From Camelus ferus (Eukaryota), in assembly GCF_009834535.1 (NCBI RefSeq), contig NC_045697.1, forward strand, positions 55,182,001 to 55,246,000: DNA of 64,000 nucleotides, in the 5' to 3' direction. The notes beneath the pieces are model-generated. The model ran no database searches. It was not told the origin of the DNA and was given only the letters and a program-made list of their open reading frames with translations. Made by a program: the position numbers and the translations under genes. Below, piece after piece: positions 38,641-51,880 of the stretch. Each line of letters opens with the position of its first letter. Positions within the stretch are counted from its first letter, which is position 1.

Positions 38641-39469
38641 GCTTTCCTACCTTTCATGGCTGGATGCTGTCTCAGTAGTAGAGGAATAATCAGGTTTTGG
38701 GCGTATCTGCCAGCAAGTGGGCATATAAATTTCCTATTCATTTAAAGCCGCTAAGTCCCCTCTTCTTTTACTAATCTAAAAAGCAACATGGAAACATCAT
38801 TTAGTCACGTCCACATTGCTTGTAAAATGTATGAAAGAGTTGAAATATTTATTGGCTTATTTAAAAATGGTAAACCTGTATTCACCTTTAACCTAAGAAG
38901 CATATAGGCATGATTTGGAGTTGGAGAATGTAAGTTAAAGTGACTCTAGTTCATGATTTTGGGGAAACAGTGGGGGCCTTTAGGAAAAATTATGCATTCT
39001 TCCGTTCCTTCAATATTTTTAAACACTTTTTTTTTTTGAAGACATTTGTGGATGTTAGAGGAAGAATGAGGCATTCTTCCAGCCTTAAATTGAAGTCTAC
39101 TTTATCCCTGACTTGGTATTCTAGAATTTCACTTCCCCTGTTGAGAGTTAAATCACCGAAACTGTATTGCAGAGGAAAAAGTCAAAAGCAAACACCAAAA
39201 AGGTCTAAGATGCTGGTGGACCTTTGGACTTGTGTCTAATTTTATACTTCATTCCTTAATACTGACTTTTTAGAAATTCAGGACTTATTAAACTAAAATC
39301 TTCAATCTACCATGCAAAAAATAAGTCCAAACCACTCTAATTTACTTTTTTAAAGAAATTATCTTTAAAGTATCCTAAAGATTTAAAAGTTATGATGTTA
39401 GAGACATGTTATACCTTTCAAAGTGGTTTGCAAAAAATTAATCTCCTGTATCAGTCCAGAGAGCCTAGG

Positions 39470-39871
39470 CAGTCACCAGAGGGTAGGTTATACTGCAATA
39501 ACAAATAAACCCAAACTTTCAGTAGCTTGGAACCTAAAGTTTTATTTCTTGCTCATGTTACCATTCCTTGGTAGGTCAGGTGGGAGCTCTGTTCCCCTTC
39601 AGCCATCATCCTGACCCTCGAACCAGCCTGCCTGATGACTCACTATATTGAGTATTGACTCTGAACACGGCAAAGGGAGAAGAAAACTCTTTAAGGGTCT
39701 TTCCCTGGCTTTCTACATTTTGGGCTGAAAGCAGTTTATAACTCACTGACCAGAACTGCTCACATAGACCTGCTCAATCACATGGGAACTTGCTTAAAAA
39801 AAAATAATCCACAATGGTTCCAAAATGGAGGAAAGCCAGAAGTTGGGTGCATGGTGATAAATGGCTATCAC
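39470..39871 (-). mobile_element. Old MaLR LTR (MLT1K/L-like)
   Basis: 'taggttatactgcaataacaaataaacccaaactttcagtagctt...aaagttttatttcttgctcatg' is the antisense MLT1 3' end; 'cactgaccagaactgctcacat' internal. Confidence 0.7.
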
Positions 39872-42800
39872 AATTCTCTAACAAAAAATACCTTTCCTTT
39901 TTACCCAAGTAGTATACCTAAATTTCACACACAACTTATAAAAATCAAGTTAAAATGAAACTTTTGACAACATGAAAAAATATTGTAAGGGTAAAATATA
40001 AGCCATTAACATTCTAGAGACTTCGTGTTTGGGCCCAGAATAAAAAGGATAAATAAAAAAGTCTGCTTTTTCTCTGCATAGATTTACTTTGAATATAAAA
40101 GTTCTTATAACAGTTTCACAGATTGAGATGACTCTGGGTCTGTTTTAGTTTTTAAATTAAGTGCAAATTAACTTTGCAGGTTCAAAAACTTAACAAGCTG
40201 CAAGGCAGATCTAGAATACTTTTTATGGTGGTTCAGGAAATCTCAGTGGTCTCTCAACAGCTCTATTTAGATAAGTTTCAAATTTAGTTGTATACATATG
40301 ACTACTTTAAGAGAAATATTTCTTATAAATTATCTCATAACTTTTATGGTACATTTTAAGTTATTAAAAATGATTTCAGAATCTTATAAGTGATAGAAAT
40401 TCTACTTAGAACAGTAAAAACCTGTTTATTTGACACCATGTAGCTGGATGAGTGCAGTTCTTTCTCTTATTATGATTATGTGATTTTAAAAAAACCTGGA
40501 ATTTTTTTCCTCTGCTGTTTTTTCTCTTTAAATTAAGCTTGAAAATAAAGTAGGTTTATATGCAAATAACTTTAAAATAAAAATTAATTTTAAGGAGACT
40601 TGCAGTGAATATCACAAGCACAATATAAACCCTTAAATGTCCCAGGGTATCTGTAGCACAGGCAAATGAAAATCGTCATTGTGCTCACTCTGAGAAAAAT
40701 GTACTGTTCCTGGTTTTCAAACATTATCAACATATAATATGGGGTTGAGTCATGCTCCTGTATTTAAAACCTTGACTTTTTTCTTTCATTGATTTTTTTT
40801 TTAATGATTAAGCATATGTTTGCATTTTACTATAATGGTGGGCATTTGAGAGAAATGGTAAATGGATGAGTAAGGAATATATCAAAATAATAAGAATGGG
40901 TTAAATATTATTAAAAAGTTAGTATTTTTCACAAGATAATGTTATAATGAAAGGAAATAGTATGCAGAGGTAAAGGGGAAAAGTACTTAATTCATGATTC
41001 CTACAAAAAAAATTTGTCTTTAATAGAAGACAGTGTATCTGTCTTTAATAAGCTAATTAGGAAAGTAAATTCAGTAAATATATTTTAGAGAAGATACACT
41101 GGTTAGTTTTTCTTTATCACTTAAAACTTTTAAACTATAAGTATTTTCAAGCTCTGCTATGCAGAATCCACCAGTTTCTTACATTCTCAAAATGGAATAG
41201 TCCTTGAAATATTTCTTAAACCACTAGGGTGCCATTCAGTAAATTGCTTCTTCATAAGCACTAAATTGCACACTAATGTCTTGAGAAAGAAAGCTGTCTA
41301 CTCCCTAGGATTATAAATATTATCTCATTAGTTCTAAAAACACACCTATGAGGATGGGAAAATGGAAATGGGAAATATTTCATTTTAGAAGTTGAACCAT
41401 TGAGACACAGAACAGAGAACATCAAAATTATCAATAATCCAAGTGCCAGAATTCCCAAAGTAAAATCTAGTGTTTGAACTACTAAATAAAGAATGGACAA
41501 ACCAGTGGATATCTGTATGTCCACGTTTGCAAAGCATGTGTTAGTAGCTATGAAAACTCTGTGACTTCATAAACTTTTATTCTATTTATTACAGCAAGGA
41601 CTCCTTGCCTCAGTAATAATGGTGGACAAATGAAAGAAATGGTAAATGAATAAAATGAAGTAGTAGCATGTTTAAATAAAGTAGGTGAGTGGATGAAACT
41701 TAAATGTTCAGTTTTCATTAAGATGAGATGAATCTTGAAGTTGAAACATAAGTGACAAAGGAAGGGGACAAGAAAAAATTGACTTTGAACAAGAGAGTCT
41801 TATAGAAATGCCTTCCACATTTGTACTTTAAAATTCCTTTTATAATTTTCCACACTCTGGCTGTGGGCAATTTTATTTATGAATAATTTTAGGGTTTTGA
41901 GTCTTTTGCATGACTCAGTTGTTGATGTCTCATTTGCTGCTCTTTCCTGGGCAAGATGTAGCACAGGCAGGTAATCCTCGGGGGCATGGGCCCTTAGACT
42001 GTCCCACCGTTTCAGTGTCTGGAGTGCAACTTCTTCAGGGTACTGTGGAAGCTGTGATGACACTGGGAGCCATGCTGAAGCCCTTGCATCCTTAATCTGC
42101 CATCTTACTGTGTTGGCCCTAATGCCCTGGTTCCTGCTGACATAGCTTTATTCCATGTCAAGATTAGTACTGAAAGCAAAATTTTCTATTATTTCTCTAA
42201 AGTGTTGGAACTGTTTACATTCACACACACACTTCGGTGGTCCTCAGACCTTTTGTTCTCTACCTTCTCAAAGTCTGATTCTTATTCTCAGCAATCAGGA
42301 CCCTGGGCCTCACCAGTCCATTTGACATGTCTGGATCCAAGTCCCAATCTCCTTTTAACCAGGTGATTGGTAAGTCCCTCCATAAGCACTAGAATAGAAA
42401 CAGATGTATCTAGGGAGGTAATGGTTATCTCCACTCGCTAACAGCACCTAAGCCTAAAACACTCACAAAGCCCTCACCACTCTTGTGTGTTTTCCCAGAA
42501 CTATGTGTGAGTCCTTGACACATGACTGAAGAAGACACGTGGGGCTGCCAGCTTAAAAGTATATTCCAGCTTTATTTCCTTTTCAAAAATGTTACAGTTC
42601 AGTCTCTGCAGGGTGCCTCACTACAATTATATGAATGCCCCAGAAGTCAAGTCTTTGCTGTTTCCAGTGCACTGTAGTTTTTTTTTTTTTTTAAAGTACT
42701 GACTTTAGCAGAAAAACCCTATTTGGAGAAAGGTCTGTGTTCTATATTTTTGATGGAATACAGATTTCCCATTTAAATTCCTTAAATTTTACTAATAGAG

Positions 42801-43557
42801 TATAGAGTATTTCAAAGGGTAATGATTAAATTAGGAGAAACAAAAGACATACTCAGGAAGAACACTTAAATTTTGTTATAAAATAAATTTGAACTCTGGC
42901 TTCATAGTACTTTTTCCTTTGAGTTCTGAAAAGGAGTGATGAGGGTCATACTAGCTGCAACACCCCTTCCCTTACCTAAGTGATCTATTCTAGTTATCTC
43001 ATTGCCAGTTAAAGATGACCTTGTGCTGCTGAAATATTTCCAGTGATGGATGATGCCGGAAATGCTGAAGTTCTCTGTTCAGTTTTTGACTCTCTATGAC
43101 TTGACTTGGTCTCTGCAGTTCTTTGCCAGTCCTGGTCTTTTCTCTTTTCTGCAATCAGTTGAAAGCAAGGTGTTAGTCTCTGTTTTCTTCTTACTCTGCT
43201 CAAGCTATTGAGTGGCTCTTGAACTTGGAATATGTGAAAAGGGATAAGAAGACATTATATAGTCAGGACCTCAATTAAATACATTAAGATGATCAGTTTT
43301 GTGGGTGAATAATGTAGAACTAGATCCTTAGCCATCCACCTCAGGGAAGGGGCTCAGAGGTGATCTTGAGCCAATTATCATAAGAAACATCTGGCTTGAT
43401 ACTTTCCTGAAATCACGATTTCACTGGCATTGATCAGATTCAGACAATGTAAAGTTTTTATTTTCTATTTAATAGCTGTTTCCTTTCTTCAGAAATAATT
43501 AATGGAACCCTATCATAGTACCACCTACCTCAGAGGAAGGCATGATTGCATATGATA

Positions 43558-43990
43558 CATGATCATTAACTTTATGTACCAAGTAGACACTGGGCCATGG
43601 GAGGCCCAGACAACTGGTTAAACTTTATTTCCTGTTGTCTTCTGGAAGAGATGAGGTTTCAAATTGGTGGACTGCATAAAGCTTTGCCAAGGTGAGTGGA
43701 CATCATCCAATTTGTTGAGAGCCTGGATAGAACAAAAAGGCAGAGAAAGTTAAAATGAACTGCCTGTCTGTGAGCTTGAACGTTGATCTCCTTCTCTGCA
43801 TGCTCTGGTTCTTGGGCTTGAGACTCAGATTGGAATTGATACAATTAGCTCTTCAGTTCTCAGGCCTTCAGACTATACTGCCAGCTGTCCTGGGTCTCCA
43901 GCTTGAGAGAGCAAATCCTAGAACTTTGCAGCCTCCATAATTGTAAGAGCCAATACTTGATAATCAATCTCTCTGTCTCTTCTCTCATTT
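43558..43990 (+). mobile_element. MLT2-type (ERVL) LTR
   Basis: 'attaactttatgtaccaa...gggccatgggaggcccagaca...catcatccaatttgttgagagcctggatagaacaaaaaggcagag...cctgggtctccagcttg...gcctccataattgtaagagccaat'. Confidence 0.85.
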
Positions 43991-44038
43991 CATATATCTA
44001 TTATATACAAATATTTTATATATAATTATTTATTTTGA

Positions 44039-44052
44039 TATGTGTGTGTATA

Positions 44053-44099
<47 letters not shown>

Positions 44100-44100
44100 T
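44039..44100. repeat. (TG)n(TA)n compound microsatellite
   Basis: Read directly. Confidence 0.95.
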
Positions 44101-44253
44101 TATTTATTTATTTAAAATCTTGGTCCTCAATAATGTGTGGTAGAAAAAAGCATTTGGAGTTAGACACATTTGAGCTCAGTTTTCCAATACTGGCTTTTAT
44201 GAGAGATACTGGCAATGACTTTAAATCATTACCTTCCTATTCTTAATACACTT

Positions 44254-44716
44254 TGTGTATCCCTATCCAGATATATTTTCTACTCTTCTTCACCCACTCA
44301 TTGTCTCAGGAGACTGGCCCGTACAGCCTGCATCAGTGGGCTCTTTGAGCCTCCAGCTTCTGATGAGAGTCAATGAGGAAGGAAGGCATCTAGATGGCAG
44401 AGAGAAAGAGGTTTTAATTATTCCTCTTCTCTCTTCCTGATGACCTGTATTCCCCTTCTGAAGGACAGAGTTCCTGCCGCCATTGTGGTCTTTTCCTTCA
44501 TTACCTCAGTTATAACACTCTGGGTGCTTGGGTATCTCTCCCTCCCCCCAACATTGCCTGGAGCTGGGGAGGCTTCCAGAGTCCCTAGCTCCAGAGTGTC
44601 TCACCATCTTTTTGATTTTTCTTCAACCTGCTAACACATTTACAAATTGTCCCTTTTATTAAACTCTCTTTAATTTTCCTTTTCTAGTATGTTACCTATT
44701 TTCTTCCAGGAGTACA
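44254..44716 (+). mobile_element. ERVL LTR, LTR33-like, apparently splitting a MIR (44130-44230 and 44720-44860)
   Basis: 'cctgcatcagtgggctc...cctccagcttctg' and 3' 'tttacaaattgtcccttttattaaactctc...ttcttccagga', with MIR halves on either side. Confidence 0.6.
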
Positions 44717-44956
44717 ATGTGTCCTACAGTTGTTTTCTTATCTCTGAAAGGGGGTTGGTAATAATTGAAGAATTGTTATGAAAATTGAGTAATACATGTA
44801 GAGTGCTAAAGGGATACACCTGCTTCATAACAACTAAAATAAGTGGGAACCATATTACTAACGTTAGCATTCTTTCATAGTAGATTTCATAAAACTTTTT
44901 TTATGGTTTCTGATGATGATGATGACAACTTAACATTTAAGATAAAGATCACTATC

Positions 44957-45380
44957 TGTGCTAGTCTGGGTACTCCAAGAAGCAGAACAAAGATAGAATT
45001 AAATGTGCAAAAGATTTGTGTGTTGTGGAACTAAAGATAAATGCATAAGGAGAGCCTTCAGACCACATTTCAGGCCTAATGTATGTGAGAGGAGGGTGTG
45101 GAAAGGGAGACTGATTGAATAGGAAGTCTTAGAGGCATATTTCCAAAGAAGATTTTGGTAAGGACACTGGTGAGTCCTTGAATCAAGGCTGCCTATTAGA
45201 GGATTCCCTTATACTGCAGGAGTTAGACTACACTAAACCCTCAGCCATGTTTAATTACTTACTGGGAGGAGCCATAGGGAAATAAGGCATCAGCAGAAAC
45301 ATGGCAGTGGATACAGTGGGGAGGTTAGTTGATGCTTCTTACTGCCACAGATTTGGGTGGTATATTTCCATAGCTCCAAA
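44957..45380 (-). mobile_element. ERVL-class LTR (LTR16-group-like)
   Basis: 'tgtgctagtctgggtactccaagaagcaga...gtgcaaaagattt...gagagccttcagaccaca' resembles the antisense 3' end of ERVL LTRs. Confidence 0.55.
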
Positions 45381-46366
45381 TTAAAATACTTTATGTGTAA
45401 TATTAAAAATTAGGTTAGGTAAAAATAAGCAATAATGCTTTAATTATCTTATTGATACTGTCTTTGTACTTCTTCACATTGCCTATTGTGTGTGTATATA
45501 TATGTGTGTGTGTGTATATATATATATATATGAAGTATATCTATTGGCTATTGTATATCTTCCTTTGAGAAATGTCTATTCAAGTCCTTTGCCCAATTTT
45601 TAATCTGGTAATTTTTAAAAATTGAGTTGTAGGAGTTCCTTACACATTTAGAATATTAATTCCTTATCAGATACATGGTTTACAAATATTTTCTCTCATT
45701 CAGTATGTTGCCTTTTCACTCTGTTGCTTTTGCTTTTCAGAAGCTTTTTGGTTTGATACAGTCTTTTTATTTTTTGTTGCCAGTGCTTTTGGTGTCATAT
45801 TAAAAAAAAATATATATATATATATATAATATATATATAATTGCCAAGACCAATGTTGAAGTTATTCTTATGTTTTATTCAGTAGTTTTATCATTTCAGG
45901 TCTTATATTTATCTTTAACCCATTTTGAGTTGAATTTTCTATATGGTGTGAGAGAAGGGTCTACTTTTATTTTTCTGTATGTGGTTGTGCAGATTTCCCA
46001 GTACCACTTACTGAAGAAACAATCTGTTCCCCACAGATCAGCTGACAGTAAATGTGACTTTATTTCCGCTGTCGGTGTTCTGTTTCATTGTTCTGTCTTT
46101 TTTTAATGCCAGTGCTGCACTGTTTTGATTACTACAGCTTTTGTAATAAAGAGTTTGAAATCAAGAAGTGTGATATCTCCAGCTTTGTTCTTGATCAAGA
46201 TTGTATTGACTGAGGTCTTCTGTTGTTCCTTATGAATTTTTTTGTTTTTGCAAAAGATGCCTTTGGGATTTTAATAGGGAAAGCATTGAAAGTGTAAATC
46301 ATTTCCAGTAGCATGGACTTTTAAACAATTTCTTTAAACAACACCGAATTTATCTATGTTTTCTTT

Positions 46367-46487
46367 TTTTTAATTGAAGTATAGTTGATTTACAATGTTG
46401 TATTAGTTTCTGATGTACAGCATAGTGATTCATTTACACATTTATATATATCCTTTTTCATTATAGGTTATTATGAGTTATAGTTGC
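46367..46487 (-). mobile_element. ~120-bp young L1 3' end nested in the older L1
   Basis: 'ttttaattgaagtatagttgatttacaatgttgtattagtttctgatgtacagc'; 13-bp TSD CTATGTT(T/G)TCTTT at 46354-46366 and 46488-46500. Confidence 0.85.
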
Positions 46488-47337
46488 CTATGTTGTCTTT
46501 AATTTCCTTCACCAATGTTTTATGGTTCTGTGTATACAAATCTTCAACCTTTTGGTTAAATATATTTCTGAGTATTTTATTACTTTCTTACTATTGTAAA
46601 TGGGGTTGTTAATTTCCTTTGTGGATAGTCTGTTACTATATAGAGTGCTACTAATCTTTGTAAGCTGGTTTTTGTATCCTACAAATTTATTGAATTTGTT
46701 TAACAGCTTTTTGTTGAGTCTTTAGGGTTTCCTATATGCGGGATCTTGTCATCCGCAAACAGATCACTTTACTTCTTCCTTTCCTATTTGGATGCCTTTA
46801 ATTTCTTCTCTAATTATTCTGGCTGGAACTTGAGTATTCCTGTCTAATAGAAGTGGTAAGAGTTGGCATCTTTGACTTGAACCAGATCTTCAAGGATAGC
46901 TTTCATTTTTCCCCACTGATTATGATATTAGCTGTGAGCTTTTCCTATATAGCCTTAATTGTGTTGAGGTACAGTCATTCTATCCTAATTTGTTGGGTTG
47001 TTTTTGTTGTTCATGAAAGGATGCTGAATATTGTAAAATGCCTTTTCTTTTTGAAATGATCATGTGCTTTTTATCTGTAATGTGGTTTATTTGTTTTATC
47101 TGTTAATGTAGTATACCACATCTTTGTATATGTTGAATCATTCTTGTAACACAAGGATAAATCCCACTTGGTCATGACATATAAATCTGTTAATGTGAAA
47201 TTGGGTTTGCCAGTATTTTGTGGAATTTTTTTGCATTTATGTTTCTTCTTTTATGCACCTATAGTTCTTTTCTTGTGATAGCATTGTGTGGCTTTGGTAT
47301 CAAGGTGTTGCTGGCCTCATAAAATGAGTTGGGAAGT

Positions 47338-47526
47338 GTTCCCTCTTCTTTCTTTCTTTTCTTTCCTTTTCTCTTCTTTCTTTCCTTCTTTCCTTCCTTC
47401 CTTTCTTACTTTCTTTCCTTCCCCTTCTTTCCTTCCTTCCTTTTCCTTCTTTCCTTCCTTCCTTTTCCTTCTTTCCTTCTCCTTCTTTCCTTCCTTCCTT
47501 TTCCTTCTCCTTTTCCTTCTCCTTCT
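47338..47526. repeat. Polypyrimidine (CCTT/CTTT-type) microsatellite expanded inside L1
   Basis: About 190 bp almost purely C/T on the + strand. Confidence 0.95.
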
Positions 47527-47862
47527 AGAATTTGAGGAGGATTGGTATTAATTCTTCAAATGCTTAGCAGAATCCATCCACAGTGCCACCTGGTCCTGGA
47601 CGTTTTTGGGGAAGTTTTTTACTTACTGCTTCAGTCTTCTTATTGGTCTTATCAGGCTTTCTATTTCTTTTTGATTCAGTCTTGGGAAGTTGTATGTTCC
47701 TAGAGATTTACCCATTTGCCCTAGGTTATCCATATGTATGTTGGTGTATACTTGGTCATAATTTCTTCTCTGATCTTTATTTCCTTCCATGATCTTTGAC
47801 CTTAGTTTGCTCTTTCTTAGTTCCTTGAGATACAAAGTTAGGTTGTTTCTTTGAGGCCATCT

Positions 47863-47976
47863 CCTTTTTATTGAAGTATAGTCACTTTGCAATATTGTGT
47901 CAATTTCTAGTGGACAGCACAATGCTTCAGTCATACATGAATATACATATATTCTTTGTCATATTCTTTTTCACCA
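47863..47976 (-). mobile_element. ~110-bp young L1 3' end nested in the older L1
   Basis: 'tttttattgaagtatagtcac...gtgtcaatttctagtggacagcacaatg...'; TSD AGGCCATCT at 47854-47862 and 47977-47985 followed by TTTT|AA. Confidence 0.85.
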
Positions 47977-49808
47977 AGGCCATCTTTTTAAATGCAGACA
48001 TTTACTGTTGTAAAATTCCCTCTTAGCACTGTTTTTGCTGTATACCATAAGTTTTGATATGTCTTTGTTTTTGTTTGCCTCTATTTTTAAAATTCCTTTT
48101 TGATTACCTATTTGAACCAATGGTTGTTCAAAACTGTTTTGTTTAAATTCCCTGTATTTGTAATTTTTCCTGTTTTCTCACTGTTACTGGCTTCCAGTTT
48201 TATTCCATTGTGGTCAGAAAAGATACTTAGTATAATTTTGATCTTCTTAAATTTATTAAACTTTGTGACCTAATATGTGATTTAGTTTGGATAATGTTCT
48301 GTGTGTGATTGAGAAGAATGTGTATTTGTCAGCTGTTAGGCAGAAAGTTCTGCTAGATCAATTTGATCTACAGTATTAAGTCAGCTCTTTTCTAATTTTA
48401 ATTTTTTCTCTATCTGGATGTTCTATTCATTATTGAAAGTGGGGTATTAAATCTAATATTATTCTACTGCTGTCAGTTTCTCCTTTCAGATCCATCAATA
48501 TTTGTTTTATATACATAAGTGCTCTGATATTAGCGTATATACTTAAAATTATTTTTATCTTCCTATTAAATTAATCTTTTTTATCATTATATGATCTTCT
48601 TTGTCTCTAGAGACAGTTTTTGACTTAGTCTATTTTGTACGATATAAATATAGCCACTCCTGACTTCAGGAATATCCTGCAGGACCTTCAAGACTACCAC
48701 TTGGTCTCTGTAGACCCTGGGGAACTAGCAAATGCCAAGCCCTGTCAGCTCTGAGACAGGCCAGTGAGAAGCCAAACCCACAGGCAATAGCCAGAAAAGT
48801 AAAAAAAAGTTAGATGTGTTCTCTAGCTCCCTCCAGAAGGAAGCTGGAGGGTTGATCACTTTAACTTTGATTGTGGTGGGGGAGCAGCTACAGAAGATGC
48901 CCCATAACCTTTCAAGCTCCCAGAGGACTATAATTGCCTGGCCCATCAGCCCTGGGTACAGGCTACTTAGAAGCCAGGCCTTCAGTCAAAAGTGGGAAAG
49001 GCCAGGATGTTAGATTGCAATCTAACCTTTTCCGTGGAGGATCTGAGAGCTGGGCTCTATTGCCTCTTTGCACTGAGCCAGTGGGAAAAGCCATAGGAAG
49101 TGCTCCTATGCCTTTTAAAAACACCTCTTTATTCTCAGGGGCCCAAAGGACTGGAGAATGCTAGGCCCCATCAGTTCCCAGAGATGGATGAGTTAGGAGT
49201 CAGTCTCTTGGTTAGCAGCCAAGTTGAAGTAGTAGTTGTGTGGTCCAAAGCCTTTGCTCCTCAAAAGAAAGAAGCTGGAAGTTGAGGGTTGGTTACCTCC
49301 CAATTACATGTTGCTGTGCTGGGGGTGGGGTTTATGGTGAGAGTGTGTTTCAGCTTTTCCTACTTGTTGCAATGTGGGTATTTTCTGAGTTGCTTATTGT
49401 ATAGGAATACAACTAGTTTCTGGATTTCTCTCAGATGGGAATGAATTCACATGTAGCTGTGCACTAATGGTGTCCATGGGTGGAAGTCTGGAGGCTCCTA
49501 TTCTGTCATCTTATTAATTCTACTTACAGAAGACCATTTCTATTCAGGACTTTTCTATGGTGGACTCACCTGTTTGGAACTCCTCTGTGACTGACCTAGT
49601 TCTAAATAATGCTCAAAATTGGAGCAAACTCAAAAATTAATTACATTTTGTACACTTGTTTAGATTGAAAATTCTCTTTGACATCAGGGCTGAGGGACCT
49701 ATTGCCTCTTTTTTAATGAAGAGTGTGTAACTAAGGGAAACGGTAGGGATGATTTAATATATGAATTTTATTTCCTTCAATAGCAGCTTCTATGATGATC
49801 TTAGAAGC

Positions 49809-51880
49809 AGAAAAAGCAACTTGACAAAATTTAATATCTTTTCTTGATAAAAACGCTCAACAACGTAGGTATAGAGGGAATGTACATCCACATAATAAAG
49901 GTCATATATGACAAGCCAAAGTTAAAACATCATACTCAACAGTGGAAAGCTGAAAGCTTTTCCTCTAAAATCAGGAACAAGATGTGAATGCCCACTCTTG
50001 CCACTCTCATTTAAAGTAGTAGTGGAAGTCCTAAGCAGAGTAATCAGGAAAGAAAAGAAACACAAGGCATCCAAATCTGAATGGAAGTGAAGCTGTCTGT
50101 GTTTGCAGATGACATATTTTATATATAAAGCCCTAAATACTCCACCAAAACAGTTAGAATTAATAAACAAATTTAGTAAATTTTCATGATACAAAATCAA
50201 CAAAAATATGTAGCATTTTTATATATTAATAACAAACTATCAGAGAAATTAAGAAAACAATCTCATTTACACTGCACCAGAGGGACAGAATATTTAGGGG
50301 GAAACTTAACAAAGGGGGTGAAAGACCTATATATTGGAAAACAGTAATGCACTGATGAAAAAAATTGAAAAAGAGACAAATAAATGGAAAGATATTTCAT
50401 GCTTATGGATTAGAAGCATTAATACTATTAAAATGTCCAGACTACCCAAAGCAATCTAGAGATTCAATGTAACTTGTATCAAAATTCCAGTGGCATTTTT
50501 CACAGAAATAGAATAAACAATATTTGTGTGGAACCTTAAAATACCCCAGATAGCAACATAAATCTTGAGGAAAAAAATAAAATTGGAGACATCACACTCC
50601 CTGACTTTAAACTAAATTAAAACCTATAGTAACTAAAACAATATGGTATCGGCAGAAAATCCGACATAGATCAATGGGACAAGACAGCCCAGAAATCCAC
50701 ACATACATGTTCAATTAATTTACAACAAAGGATCCAAGAATATACATTGAGGAAAGGACAATCTCTTCAATAAATGGTGCTGTGGAAATTGGGCACTCAC
50801 ATACAAAAGAATGAAACTGAGCCACAATGTCCTATACACAGAAATTTAACTCTAAATGGATTAGAGACCTGACTATTAGACTTGGAACCATAAAACTCCT
50901 GGAAGGGAAAATAGGTGGTAAGCTCCATGACTTCAGTCTTAGAGATGATTTTTTGAGTCTGACACCTAAAGCAAAAGCAACCAAAGCAAAAATAAGTGGG
51001 ACTATATCAAACTAGGAAACTTGTGTACAGCAAGAAACTTATCAACAAAGTGAAAGGACAACCTTCTGAATAGGAGAAAATAGTTGCCAATCATATATCT
51101 GATAAGGGGATAATAGCCAGTATATAAATAAGTCATACAACTCAGTAGCAGAAAAAAAAAATCACATCATATTACAAATGGGCAGAGGGCCTGAACATTT
51201 TTCTAAAGATACACAAATGGCTAACAGATACATGAAAAGTTGCTCTACATCATTACTTGGTTAAACTGCAAATCAAAAGCACAATGAGATATCACCTCAC
51301 ACCTGTCAGAATGGCTATTATGAAAAAGACTAGAAATAACAAGTATTAGCAAGGATGTGGAGAAAAGGGAACCCTTGTGCACTGTTGGTGGGAACGTAAA
51401 TTGGTGCAGCCACTCTTACAAATAGTGTGGAGGTTCCTCAAAAAATTAGAACTACCGTATGATCCGGTAATTCCACTTGTGTGTATTAATCTGAAGAAAA
51501 CAAAAAATGCTAACTCAAAATTATAGGCACCTCTATGTTAATTGCAGCATTATTTACAATAGCCAAGACATGAAAACAACCTGTGTCTACAGATGATTGA
51601 ATGGATTTAAATAAATTGTAGAATAAATATACCATGGAATATTATTTAGACATAGAAAAGAATGGAATCTTGCTATTTGTGACTTTTAGGGCATTATGCG
51701 AAGTGAAATAAGCCAAATAGAGAAAGAAAAAGACTTGTCTCTGTTATACGTGAAATCAAAACAAACAAAACACAAGCTCATAGATAAAGAGAACAGATTG
51801 GTGGCTGCCAGAGGCATTGGGATGGGAGAAATTGATGAACTGTTTTTGTTTGTTTTATTTTTTAGTTTACATTGAATTAA
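49809..51880 (+). mobile_element. 5'-truncated LINE-1 (RT C-terminal half to 3' end), decayed
   Basis: Starts at the AEKA.DKI motif and includes 'ctgtgtttgcagatgacat' (LFADD). ORF 50827-51015 (YTQKFNSKWIRDL...TIKLLE...LTPKAKATKAKI) is the ORF2p C-terminus. Possible TSD AGAAAAAGCA at 49809-49818 and 51880-51889. Confidence 0.92.

Larger units (their letters stand above)
45540..49512 (-). mobile_element. Decayed LINE-1: 5'UTR (49512-48663) joined to ORF2 (48662-45540), with ORF1 and 3'UTR absent
   Basis: Reverse complement starts AAGATGACAGAATAGGAG (L1 5' start motif). ORF2 endonuclease residues (GVAI..S.KID..RDKE.H) lie just below 48662. ORF 47623-47934 gives MDNLGQMGKSLGTYNFPRLNQKEIESLIRPI, matching ORF2p LDNLEEMDKFL..YNLPRLNQEEIE.LNRPI. 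Many stops and frameshifts. Confidence 0.9.

Noticed and set aside
47288..47551. Phe/Ser/Leu/Pro-rich ORFs
   Set aside because: Artefact of translating the CCTT microsatellite
49922..51015. ORFs within the L1 (49922-50203 minus, 50827-51015 plus)
   Set aside because: Antisense or fragmentary L1 ORF2; not genes
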